Origin: Vulcanimicrobiales bacterium
GTDB lineage: Bacteria > Vulcanimicrobiota > Vulcanimicrobiia > Vulcanimicrobiales > Vulcanimicrobiaceae
DNA: 64,000 nt
Assembly: GCA_038231455.1 (NCBI GenBank)
Contig: JBBRLI010000001.1
Coordinates: 160,001 to 224,000 of the forward strand
Reading direction: 5' to 3'
Shown piece by piece: positions 1 through 8,989 of this stretch; positions within the stretch are counted from its first letter, which is position 1; every line of letters starts with the position of its first letter. The notes under the pieces are model-generated. The model made no database searches and was not told where the DNA came from. It was given only the letters and a program-made list of their open reading frames with translations. The position numbers and the translations under genes were made by a program.

Positions 1-456
1 TACCACCGCGTGTGGCGGATGAATTTTGGACCGCAGTTCGCAAACGGCATCGACACGACCGAGCCGCCGATCCTCGGCCAGCAATATCCCGTCCTGCTTC
101 CGCAAGTCGACAGTGACGGGACGGATCTCGGCGGCATTCGCATGCCCGAAGGCGCCGTGCCGATTGCAACCCTTACCGGGTGGAATCAGCGCGTCGCGGG
201 CGTCGGCTTCCCGGATGAAAACGTCGACTTCGTGGGCTCGATGGTGCCCTTTGCCAGGACCGCCGCGGAACGCAAAGCCGCGGGCGATCCGCGCCTCTCA
301 CTCGAAGAACGCTATCCGACGAAAGCCGCATATATGGCACGATACGAAAACTATGTGCGCGGCCTCGCCTCGCAGCGGCTCTTACTCAATGCGGATATCC
401 CCGTAGAACTCGCGCGCGGCGAGCAGTTTTGGGAGTTCGCAAGCAAACCGCATTAG
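1..456 (+). CDS. Alpha/beta hydrolase domain-containing protein, C-terminal part (5' truncated by window edge)
   Basis: Frame open from window start. Motifs PQVDSDGTDLGGIRMPE and GDPRLSLEERY are typical of the C-terminus of this family. Confidence 0.6.
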   Translation, partial: YHRVWRMNFGPQFANGIDTTEPPILGQQYPVLLPQVDSDGTDLGGIRMPEGAVPIATLTGWNQRVAGVGFPDENVDFVGSMVPFARTAAERKAAGDPRLSLEERYPTKAAYMARYENYVRGLASQRLLLNADIPVELARGEQFWEFASKPH

Positions 457-490
457 GAGCAAGCGTGAGGTGCGGCGAACGCGCCTTGCG

Positions 491-1477
491 ATGGAACAGC
501 AGTATACCGCACTCGTCGCCGAGACGGCCGACGGCCCCGCACCGAAACTCGCATTCAAACAGCTCGACAAACGCGCGCTCGAAGCGGGTGAGGTGCTCGT
601 GCGCGTGCATGCCGCGGCGCTAAATTACAAAGACGGCCTGGCCTTAACCGGACGCGGAAAGATTCTGCGCAAGTCGCCGATGGTGCCGGGCGTTGAATTC
701 GCCGGGACGATCGAGCAATCAAACGATCCCGCGTGGCCGGTCGGCAAAGACGTGATGGCGCTGGGCTGGGGGATCGGCGAACGCTTCGATGGCGGTTACG
801 CGCAGTACGCCTACGCAAAAACGGAATGGCTCGAAGCGCGCCCGGAGATCTTCTCAGCGCAAGACGCGATGGCATTCGGGATTCCGGGCGTGACGGCGAT
901 GTCGGCGATCATGCGCCTGCGTGAAAACCATCTCCCCGATCGCGCGACCGTGGTCGTTACCGGCGCGGGCGGAGGTGTCGGCGGCATCGCCATTCTGCTC
1001 CTCAAACACTTCGGCTACCATCCCGTTGCGATGAGCGGTCGCCCCGAACTCGAACCGTACTTCAAGTCGCTCGGCGCCGAGAGCGTCGTTTCCCGCGAGT
1101 CGATTCTCGCCGCCACCAAACCGCTCGAAAAAGAAACGTGGGATGGCGCCATCGACAACGTCGGCGGAGACGTGCTTGCCAAACTCTTGCCGCAGATGAA
1201 ATACGGCGCGAGCGTCGCGCTCGTCGGCAACGCAGCGGGCGTCAACTTTTCATCGACGGTCTTTCCGTTTATCTTGCGCGGCGTGAATTTGCTCGGCATC
1301 GAGAGCGTGAACCTCACGATGGCGAAGCGCGCGCAGATCTGGTCCGAAGCGATGCTCTTCCCGTTTGCAAAAATGCATGATTTTATCGAAAAAGTCGCGC
1401 TGGCAGACGTGGAGGCGGCAGCGCACCGCATCGTCGACGGTAAGACGCGCGGACGCGTCGTCGTCACGATCGACTAA
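491..1477 (+). CDS. MDR-family oxidoreductase, YhdH/AcuI (acryloyl-CoA reductase)-like
   Basis: ALNYKDGLA, PGVEFAG, GGYAQY, VTGAGGGVG (Rossmann) and PFILRGVNLLGIES motifs. ATG 491 chosen; GTG 470 is possible. Confidence 0.85.
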   Translation: MEQQYTALVAETADGPAPKLAFKQLDKRALEAGEVLVRVHAAALNYKDGLALTGRGKILRKSPMVPGVEFAGTIEQSNDPAWPVGKDVMALGWGIGERFDGGYAQYAYAKTEWLEARPEIFSAQDAMAFGIPGVTAMSAIMRLRENHLPDRATVVVTGAGGGVGGIAILLLKHFGYHPVAMSGRPELEPYFKSLGAESVVSRESILAATKPLEKETWDGAIDNVGGDVLAKLLPQMKYGASVALVGNAAGVNFSSTVFPFILRGVNLLGIESVNLTMAKRAQIWSEAMLFPFAKMHDFIEKVALADVEAAAHRIVDGKTRGRVVVTID

Positions 1478-1555
1478 CCACATTCAAAGCAGCGACAGAA
1501 GTCGCAGCGGGCGCTTGCGAGGCGCGGAGCGCGTCGGGTCCGAATTTCTCACCCT

Positions 1556-3361
1556 ATGAGCACGTACCAAGCCCCCCTTCGCGACATGCACTTTGCGCTC
1601 ACCGAGCTCGCCGACGTGGCGTCGATCGCGGCGCTACCGGGATTTGAAGATACCGCGGATGTCGTCGATGCGATTCTCGAGGAGGCGGGCAACTTTGCCG
1701 CCGAGGTGCTTGATCCACTCAATGTTCCGGGCGACCGCGTCGGCGCGACGTGGTCCGATGGTAACGTAACGACCGCCCCCGGCTTCAAGCAAGCCTACAA
1801 GCAGTTCGCGCAAGCGGGCTGGGTCGGCTTACCGTTTCCCGCCGATCACGGCGGCCAGGGTCTTCCGCAAGTGCTCTCAGCGGCGGTGACCGAGATGTGG
1901 AACGCCTCCAATATGGCCTTCGCGCTCTGCCCGCTCCTGAACCAAGGCGCGATCGAAGCGCTGCTGCTTTGCGGCACCGACGAACAGAAGAAAACCTACG
2001 TGCCCAAACTCGTTTCCGGCGAGTGGACCGGCACGATGGTGCTGACCGAGCCGCAGGCCGGCTCCGATCTTGCTGCCGTGCGCACGCGCGCCGTGCCCGA
2101 GGGCGATCACTACAAGCTCTTCGGACAGAAAATCTACATCACGTACGGCGAACACGATTACGCGGAAAACATCGTGCATCTCGTCCTCGCGCGGACGCCC
2201 GATGCACCCGCCGGCGTCAAAGGCATCTCGCTCTTCATCGTACCGAAATTCCTCAGCAACGCTGACGGCACGCTCGGCGCGCGCAACGACGTGCAGTGCG
2301 CCTCACTCGAACACAAACTCGGCATCCATTCCAGCCCGACCGCCACGCTCAATTACGGCGAGGCCGGCGGCGCGATCGGCTATCTGATCGGCGAAGAGAA
2401 CCGCGGTCTCGAATACATGTTCATCATGATGAACCTCGCGCGCTTCTCGATCGGCGTGCAAGGCATCGGCGTCGCGGACCGCGCGTATCAACACGCGCTC
2501 GCGTACGCCAAGGAACGAACCCAGAGTAAGGACCTCGCGGTCAAAGACCCAACGCCGGTGACGATTATCCACCATCCCGACGTGCGTCGTCTCCTGATGA
2601 CCTCAAAAGCCCAAATCGAAGCGATGCGCGCGCTCGCACTCGTACTTGCATCCGCCATGGATCACGCGCACGCCAACCCCGATGCTGCTGTCCGGGCCGA
2701 GCGCGAAGCATTCGTCGAGCTCATGACGCCGGTCGTCAAAGGTTGGAGCACCGAAAACTCGGTCGAGATCACCAGCAACGCCCTGCAAGTCTTCGGCGGC
2801 ATGGGATTCGTCGAGGAAACGGGCGCGGCACAATACTACCGCGACGCCCGCATCACGACGATCTACGAAGGCACGACGGCAATCCAGGCAAACGCCCTCG
2901 TCGGCCGCGCACTCTTGCGCGACAAAACCGGCACGGTCGCCTCGATCATCGCATCGATGCACACGACGGCAGAGCATCTCGCAGTCAGCAACGACGGTAA
3001 TGTCAAAGCGATCCACCCGCACTTCGTCACCGCGATCGACGCCCTCGATGTAGCCTCTAAGCACCTCATCGCGACTGCGCCAACCGCTTTAAAAGACGCC
3101 TTCGCCGGTTCCGTTCCGTATCTGATGCTCTGGGGCACCGTCGCGGGAGGCTGGCAAATGGCACGTGCGGCGATCGCCGCGAGCAAAAACGCAAGTGATG
3201 AATTCAACGCGGCTAAGATCGTGACGTCGCGCTACTACGCAGAACACATCCTCACCCGCGCCTATCACCTACGCGCTGAAATCATCGAAGGTGGAGCGAC
3301 CGTTAACGCACTTGAAGAGTCCGCATTCGAACTCGACCGCAGGCGCCCGATCCTTGCTTAA
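1556..3361 (+). CDS. Acyl-CoA dehydrogenase (long, about 600 aa, DmdC-like clade)
   Basis: WTGTMVLTEPQAGSDL, GQKIYITYGEHD, EHKLGIHSSPT, QVFGGMGFVEETG and IYEGTTAIQA motifs. Confidence 0.92.
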   Translation: MSTYQAPLRDMHFALTELADVASIAALPGFEDTADVVDAILEEAGNFAAEVLDPLNVPGDRVGATWSDGNVTTAPGFKQAYKQFAQAGWVGLPFPADHGGQGLPQVLSAAVTEMWNASNMAFALCPLLNQGAIEALLLCGTDEQKKTYVPKLVSGEWTGTMVLTEPQAGSDLAAVRTRAVPEGDHYKLFGQKIYITYGEHDYAENIVHLVLARTPDAPAGVKGISLFIVPKFLSNADGTLGARNDVQCASLEHKLGIHSSPTATLNYGEAGGAIGYLIGEENRGLEYMFIMMNLARFSIGVQGIGVADRAYQHALAYAKERTQSKDLAVKDPTPVTIIHHPDVRRLLMTSKAQIEAMRALALVLASAMDHAHANPDAAVRAEREAFVELMTPVVKGWSTENSVEITSNALQVFGGMGFVEETGAAQYYRDARITTIYEGTTAIQANALVGRALLRDKTGTVASIIASMHTTAEHLAVSNDGNVKAIHPHFVTAIDALDVASKHLIATAPTALKDAFAGSVPYLMLWGTVAGGWQMARAAIAASKNASDEFNAAKIVTSRYYAEHILTRAYHLRAEIIEGGATVNALEESAFELDRRRPILA

Positions 3362-3382
3362 GCGACTCTACCTCGCCTCCAC

Positions 3383-3946
3383 CTAGGATTTCTTTTTACC
3401 TCGATTGATCTCCGCCGCAAGTTCCGGATCGTCAGCCATTTCAATTAGTACTGAGGCCGCAACCGGAATTCTCGAACGCCATTTCCGTAGGACACCGATA
3501 AAGTAAGACCGCGATTGACCGAGTGCCTTGTCGCGCGTGAGATCAGCAATTAAACCAACGTCTTCTTTCTTTGCCAAAATCGATATTGCAACGGCCAGAC
3601 CGTCCTTTAGACCAAGGCCAGTCTTGTGTGGCGCTGCCTTATACAAGTCAACTATTTGCGGAAAAAAGCGGTAAGCTTCCGGCGTTCCCAACGCCCGAGC
3701 AATGCCAGCTTGTATTTTGAAAGAGTATGGCCGAGTTATATGTTTCATCAGCACTGGAATAGCCGGGCCGTACGGCGAGCCGGTATTGACCAAATCCCAA
3801 ACGCTGGACACGCGCACTCCCACGGCGTCTAAGTCGCGGCGAATAGCTTGCTGCTCAGCATCCAATATCTCGCGTTCGATTTTCATATCGAGGGAGCGAT
3901 TGGGCCGTTGATTTGGATCGCTCCGATCCGGACCGTCTACGTTCAT
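3383..3946 (-). CDS. Putative immunity protein for the upstream Rhs toxin (helical, HEAT-like)
   Basis: 187-aa ORF 32 bp downstream of, and co-oriented with, the Rhs gene. GAGGGA SD-like site upstream; SVWDLVNT..Y..AIPVL..H...GIARAL pattern. Immunity role inferred from position. Confidence 0.65.
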   Translation of the reverse strand: MNVDGPDRSDPNQRPNRSLDMKIEREILDAEQQAIRRDLDAVGVRVSSVWDLVNTGSPYGPAIPVLMKHITRPYSFKIQAGIARALGTPEAYRFFPQIVDLYKAAPHKTGLGLKDGLAVAISILAKKEDVGLIADLTRDKALGQSRSYFIGVLRKWRSRIPVAASVLIEMADDPELAAEINRGKKKS

Positions 3947-3978
3947 CTAAAGATCCCTCATCACTAACATGAGCTACT

Positions 3979-6900
3979 TCATTGCTTCTGCACAATTTCT
4001 GGAATAAGTTGGTGGATAATATTTCCAGTCGAAATTAGAGTTTTTAGAGGACCGCTGAGCTTCGTATCTGCGCGAACATATAACACAAAATCTAGGTTAT
4101 TGTCCTTCGCAAAGCTGGCGTAGTCTCGCAACTGTTGAGTATAACTTTGCGTTGTCACGTTCTTAATCTCGGTCAGCGTAGTTTCGGTCAAACCGTCTGG
4201 AATTCGAGTGACCCCTCCGATTTGAATTTTTACTTTTTTACCGATATCGATACCTGGTATAGCCCGAACAGCTTCTTCGCCGCGCCGTCCGACGGCTGCG
4301 GCCGAGCGTCCAGCGCCGGGATGCTCCAGAGCTTCAGTAATTGCTGGTCCATTTCTTGCAGAAAAACTTCCTAGAGCAACCGCCGCTCCGCATAGTATTG
4401 CTAGAGGACCGACGCAGTAGCCGCTGGGATCGCTATAAACATATGCATTATTCCGATTCCACATAAAGGGCATCTGCGAAGCGGGGTCGTGCACTTCTCC
4501 GGCGTACGCATCGGGCGTCGTCCAAGAAGCCAAATTCGAATTGAAGGCTCGCGCCCCGTTAATTTGGAGCTTGCCCAATTTGAAGCCATCGGGGCGAGTG
4601 TATTGCATGAAAGAGTTGGTCGGTGGGGTGAAGCCTGATCTGGCAGCGACCGCGAACGGAGCCGAGTTGTCCGTGGGATTTAGGGGTGTCAGCCAAGATG
4701 AGCCGCTGCTATTCGACGATTGTAAGATCACGTTCGCACTATCCCGATCGTACGTATTCAACCCTGAAAAGTTGCTATCGTGCGGATAAACGTCTCCGTC
4801 AAGGCCGACTTTAAAGTTCACGACGCTTCCACTTGCATCGGAGACGAATAACAACATGTCTCCATCCCAATGCGCCGTCCAAATCGAATTTGAGGTGTTC
4901 GCGTAATTTGGATCGATTGTTCCTGTAAAAAGAACGGGGTGACCATTGGAGCCCCAAGCTATCGATAACGGGCCAGCATCGAATGTTGAGTTCTGTGTCG
5001 CACCGGTCGATGAGCGGTAGGTCGAGGTGGCGCTTTTCGCATGCGTCCAAACTGTGTGATCTGCGAAATCGTAAGCTGCCGGCTCGGTACTCGAGGTTCT
5101 TCGCGTGACCGTCCCACCCCCGGTCTCGGCCGGACCGTCAGATATTGTCGTTTCCGCCATCGTGCTGTTCGTCATTCGACCACTTGCGTCAAACACGAAA
5201 TCCGATGAATTTTCAGAGCCACTACTGAAAGTTGAGTCAGAGTGAACACTAATTCCGTTAATAAAGTCACTGGAGTTATTCTGCGTGACCGCCGAACTGC
5301 CCTCAAACATTTGTGGCATCGACTTGCCAAAACCGTAACTAGGAATTGTCCTTGTATAGCCTTGCAAGACATATGGAATTGGCGAATACTGAGATTGTAT
5401 TAACTCACCCCGAACATTGAAGATATTGGAGACGGACACTGGCGAGCCTGTGGACTGCCCCGCTGTTAAGATCGGATAAACCGACGAGAATCCGGCAGTA
5501 ATCGGATTACCTTCAGCGTCATAGTCGTATGAGAGAGTGCCGGAGGGAACCGTCAACGTTGCAAGTTGCCCAGCTTGATCGTATGTCCGAGATTGGAAGT
5601 CGTTGTTGACAGCTTGGGATTGTAAGCGGCCACCCGCGGTATACAATCTATTCCAAACGGCGGACGCAGATTGGTTGTACGTCTGCTGGGCCAGCAGCCC
5701 GTCTACTCGATAAGAGTACGTGAGTACATTGGGAATGTTGAGAGTCGGTGAAAACACCGAAAGTGACTTCTTCCCACCGTCTGAAAAGTATGAGTACGCA
5801 AGATGGGCAGGATCCGTTATGCCGCCTGCCGTCGGCTCGAGGACGTCGGTTAGTTCGCCGCGGAGATCGTAAGATAAAGTCTCAAGACCAAACTTACTCG
5901 ACGTTAATGTAGCGGGGCGACCAGCTGGGTCGTAGACGATTTGCTCGTTCGGAGTCGTGTTGGCGCCACCGTCGGCATTGGAGGTCGGTGCCAAGTAGGT
6001 TCTGGTGACGATCCTAGCCAGCGCGTCATACGTAATCGACATAACTTCGCCGGTGGGCTTTGTTTCGGTCGCGCGTAAGCCCCAATGGCCTTCGCCGTCA
6101 TACGTATCCACGGTTGCCAATGGCGTGTCCGGGCTACCGGGTTGATATGTGTACTTCGAGAGGGACCGATCCATCGCATCGAAAGAATTTCCACGCACGT
6201 CGGTCATGACGCCAGTCCACGACTGTGTCTTGAAAAGATTGCCGTACGCGCGGAACGTTGGCGATCCTCGAAGAGAGACACTTCCGCCCTGAGAGAGATC
6301 ATAAATATAGCGCATGATCCAAGGAGAGCCATCATATTGCGCTAGGGAGCCGTCTTGATAAGATCGCGGGTCGTGAGGCTGTTGAACTTCTATAAGGCGA
6401 TCGGCACCGTCGTAGAACTTTCGAGTCGGCGATTCGGCACAGCTGGCAAGTGTACAACCCTCATGGCGTAACTCGGACGTAACATCGCCGTCCCTGTCAT
6501 AGGCATATGATGTCCTAACGTTAAGCCGTGCTTCTCCCGGAGACTGAGTCGTGGCGACCGAGCCATCCGGGAAATACGTTGTAGTTGATGCGTAGCCATC
6601 CGGGTCATTCGCTTGGACTATCCTATCGAGCCCATCGTAACTCAGAGACCAAGAGCCGACCCCCTTGCTATAGTTAATAACATTTCCGCGCGTGTCATAC
6701 GAAAACGCCTGAGTCGGGGTGCGCCCGGCATCCTCCGGAATTGGGTCGCCAGTAACCGAAACAGGCAGTCCGTATTCATTCCCTCCCTCCAAATTTGGGT
6801 TATATGCAAAGTGCGTCGCGTACGGTGCTGCACCAGAGCGCGGAGAGGGAGCCTGGATCTGTAAAAGCCGACCGTAGGGTTGATATGCCGGATAGTCCCA

Positions 6901-8835
6901 AGTCATCACCGTCGAGACTGAATTTGCGGGGCACACACCGGGTGGGGGCGGACTCGAATACCAATTCCAATTCAGATTGTTCGTGGCCACTTCATCGCAA
7001 TAGGCCGTGACATTATTATACGCATCGTACGTAAAAAGCTTCGTTGGGCGTAGAGTTCCAGCGGATGTGGTGGTTTGTGGAGCGGCGACCGCAATAGTAT
7101 TGCCGTTAGAATCGTATGCGTAATCAGTCTCGTTGTACGGCCAGGTGATTTGAGATATTTTATTGTTGTTAGAATCCCAGCCTTCTACTTGCGTCAGCCA
7201 CTGGTAACCGTTGTACGTGAGTCGACTCGTCGGCCTACCGGGATCGCTGAACGAGCCGTTTCCGCAACCGTCGATATATTGAACCACTTGATGCCCGTCG
7301 CTGTCGCTATACGAAGTGCTGTTGCAACTCCCGGTTACCGTCTCGTATCGGTACATGAACCAGCCTGTCGGGTATCCTGGCTGCAGCTGCGTGTTCGTAC
7401 CGTCGTTCAGATACGCCGGTCCAGGTGACATTGCGCCATATAGGCCAATTCCAAAAACTTGACCGCTGAGAAAGCCGCGCTCTTGAAAAGCAACATATCC
7501 GCCTTCGTTTCCTTGATTAGCGTATGCACGCGCACCGCCAATATACATGACGTTGTGATAGCCGCCATATAGCTGAGTGGCAAGCTGACCGCTATTGTCC
7601 GGTCCAGGCTTCGAGACCAGCGATAGATTTGAACTGCCATCATAGCTATACGTGATCGCGGCTCCGTCCGGACGGTCGACCTCAGAGAGTAAACGTTGCC
7701 CATTGACATCGGCGAATTTTAAGGTTGCCTGGAGGCATCCACAGTCCGCCGCAACGACGATCTGAGAGAGATTTGCACTGGAGGATGCATCGCCGTTCCA
7801 CGAATACGAAAAATTCAGAGAACTGTGACGGTTTCGCGCCTGTATTGAAACTAATCGCCCGCTATAAGCTGCACTCGCTCCGCTATAATACGGCGAGTAG
7901 AACATATATTGGGTTCCATTCTTCTTTATCCAGAAAAATGAACCACCATCCGGATTGGCAATCAACATCGTTCCTTGCATCCCGGCGGGCGGGACGAGCT
8001 GGCCAGATGCATTGAAGCAATAGTCGTATCGGGCGCCGTCGACGTCATAAACCGAGAATCCTGAGAACCCAGCCCACGAGTAGCCGACATTAGCGCAGTC
8101 GTTTGTCGACATGTGTGCATCGAACGTATTCGTCCACCCATTGCCGTATTGACCAATTTCAGTCGACCCATCGCTGCTTTGATAGTCGTGCCCGCCAAGG
8201 GAATTATACGTCCGACGAAACGCAAGGTCGATGCCGCGATAGGGGATATCAAAATCCGTTGACTGCACAATTAGGTTTTGCCAGTGCGCGTTTATCATCC
8301 AGTGGCCAACCCCTGGGATGTCGCCTTCTTCATAAGACCACCACGGATTAATGCCGGTTACGTTGAGCGTGTTTTGTGTGACCTGCGAGGCGCGACGAGT
8401 TGTACCAGCTCCCCGTTTACCAACCGCAGTCGGCGCCGATGCCGAAGTCGTCGAGGCTGTCGAGATGATTCTGCTCGATGATGCACGACTAAAAAAACGA
8501 ACTACCGCTTCTCCAGAATTGCGCTTACGCTTCGTTCGCATGTCGTCGTCATCATCGCCGATCCGCGGTCCAGGTTGTCGGAGGCCGGCGGCGGGAGCGT
8601 TTTTCGTCGCTATCTTTGGTTTCTCGATGTGCGTCACCGCGGGTAGAGTTGGCTTGGGTTGCGGGCGCTGATGCCGATCGAATTTCTTCGGATCGTCTGG
8701 GAAAAACGAAGGAACGAAATATGAATTCAACGAGCCGCCGCTCGCCGTTCCAGACGCATCGGAGGGCGAGCACGAAATCGCCATAAAAGCAATCGAAAAA
8801 AACGCCGCTAGGGCAGCGCGATAAACCAAGGACAC
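3979..8835 (-). CDS. Rhs/YD-repeat polymorphic toxin with N-terminal signal peptide, DUF6531-like domain and C-terminal Tox-REase-7-like nuclease domain
   Basis: GTG 8835 preceded by GGAGGT, with a hydrophobic leader. NLIVQSTDFDIPYRGIDLAFRRTYNS; many YD repeats (YSYDGSSN, YAYDSNGN, FSYDTRGN, YDRDGD, YDAEGN); core end RNNAYVYSDPSGY; tip RIPDGLTETTLTEIKNV..SYTQQLRDY..LYVR..LSGPL. Confidence 0.9.
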   Translation of the reverse strand: MSLVYRAALAAFFSIAFMAISCSPSDASGTASGGSLNSYFVPSFFPDDPKKFDRHQRPQPKPTLPAVTHIEKPKIATKNAPAAGLRQPGPRIGDDDDDMRTKRKRNSGEAVVRFFSRASSSRIISTASTTSASAPTAVGKRGAGTTRRASQVTQNTLNVTGINPWWSYEEGDIPGVGHWMINAHWQNLIVQSTDFDIPYRGIDLAFRRTYNSLGGHDYQSSDGSTEIGQYGNGWTNTFDAHMSTNDCANVGYSWAGFSGFSVYDVDGARYDYCFNASGQLVPPAGMQGTMLIANPDGGSFFWIKKNGTQYMFYSPYYSGASAAYSGRLVSIQARNRHSSLNFSYSWNGDASSSANLSQIVVAADCGCLQATLKFADVNGQRLLSEVDRPDGAAITYSYDGSSNLSLVSKPGPDNSGQLATQLYGGYHNVMYIGGARAYANQGNEGGYVAFQERGFLSGQVFGIGLYGAMSPGPAYLNDGTNTQLQPGYPTGWFMYRYETVTGSCNSTSYSDSDGHQVVQYIDGCGNGSFSDPGRPTSRLTYNGYQWLTQVEGWDSNNNKISQITWPYNETDYAYDSNGNTIAVAAPQTTTSAGTLRPTKLFTYDAYNNVTAYCDEVATNNLNWNWYSSPPPPGVCPANSVSTVMTWDYPAYQPYGRLLQIQAPSPRSGAAPYATHFAYNPNLEGGNEYGLPVSVTGDPIPEDAGRTPTQAFSYDTRGNVINYSKGVGSWSLSYDGLDRIVQANDPDGYASTTTYFPDGSVATTQSPGEARLNVRTSYAYDRDGDVTSELRHEGCTLASCAESPTRKFYDGADRLIEVQQPHDPRSYQDGSLAQYDGSPWIMRYIYDLSQGGSVSLRGSPTFRAYGNLFKTQSWTGVMTDVRGNSFDAMDRSLSKYTYQPGSPDTPLATVDTYDGEGHWGLRATETKPTGEVMSITYDALARIVTRTYLAPTSNADGGANTTPNEQIVYDPAGRPATLTSSKFGLETLSYDLRGELTDVLEPTAGGITDPAHLAYSYFSDGGKKSLSVFSPTLNIPNVLTYSYRVDGLLAQQTYNQSASAVWNRLYTAGGRLQSQAVNNDFQSRTYDQAGQLATLTVPSGTLSYDYDAEGNPITAGFSSVYPILTAGQSTGSPVSVSNIFNVRGELIQSQYSPIPYVLQGYTRTIPSYGFGKSMPQMFEGSSAVTQNNSSDFINGISVHSDSTFSSGSENSSDFVFDASGRMTNSTMAETTISDGPAETGGGTVTRRTSSTEPAAYDFADHTVWTHAKSATSTYRSSTGATQNSTFDAGPLSIAWGSNGHPVLFTGTIDPNYANTSNSIWTAHWDGDMLLFVSDASGSVVNFKVGLDGDVYPHDSNFSGLNTYDRDSANVILQSSNSSGSSWLTPLNPTDNSAPFAVAARSGFTPPTNSFMQYTRPDGFKLGKLQINGARAFNSNLASWTTPDAYAGEVHDPASQMPFMWNRNNAYVYSDPSGYCVGPLAILCGAAVALGSFSARNGPAITEALEHPGAGRSAAAVGRRGEEAVRAIPGIDIGKKVKIQIGGVTRIPDGLTETTLTEIKNVTTQSYTQQLRDYASFAKDNNLDFVLYVRADTKLSGPLKTLISTGNIIHQLIPEIVQKQ

Positions 8836-8989
8836 GGGACAACCTCCCACCAGTAGAGGGCACAAACGATGTCCCATGCGCATGATTCGAGCGGCGAAGG
8901 TTGTCGCCGTACCATTACCGTAACGCGGGATACGTCACAGACTACTACGACCTCAAGTGGAGGTCAAGTGGCTGTGCGAACGGCCTCAC

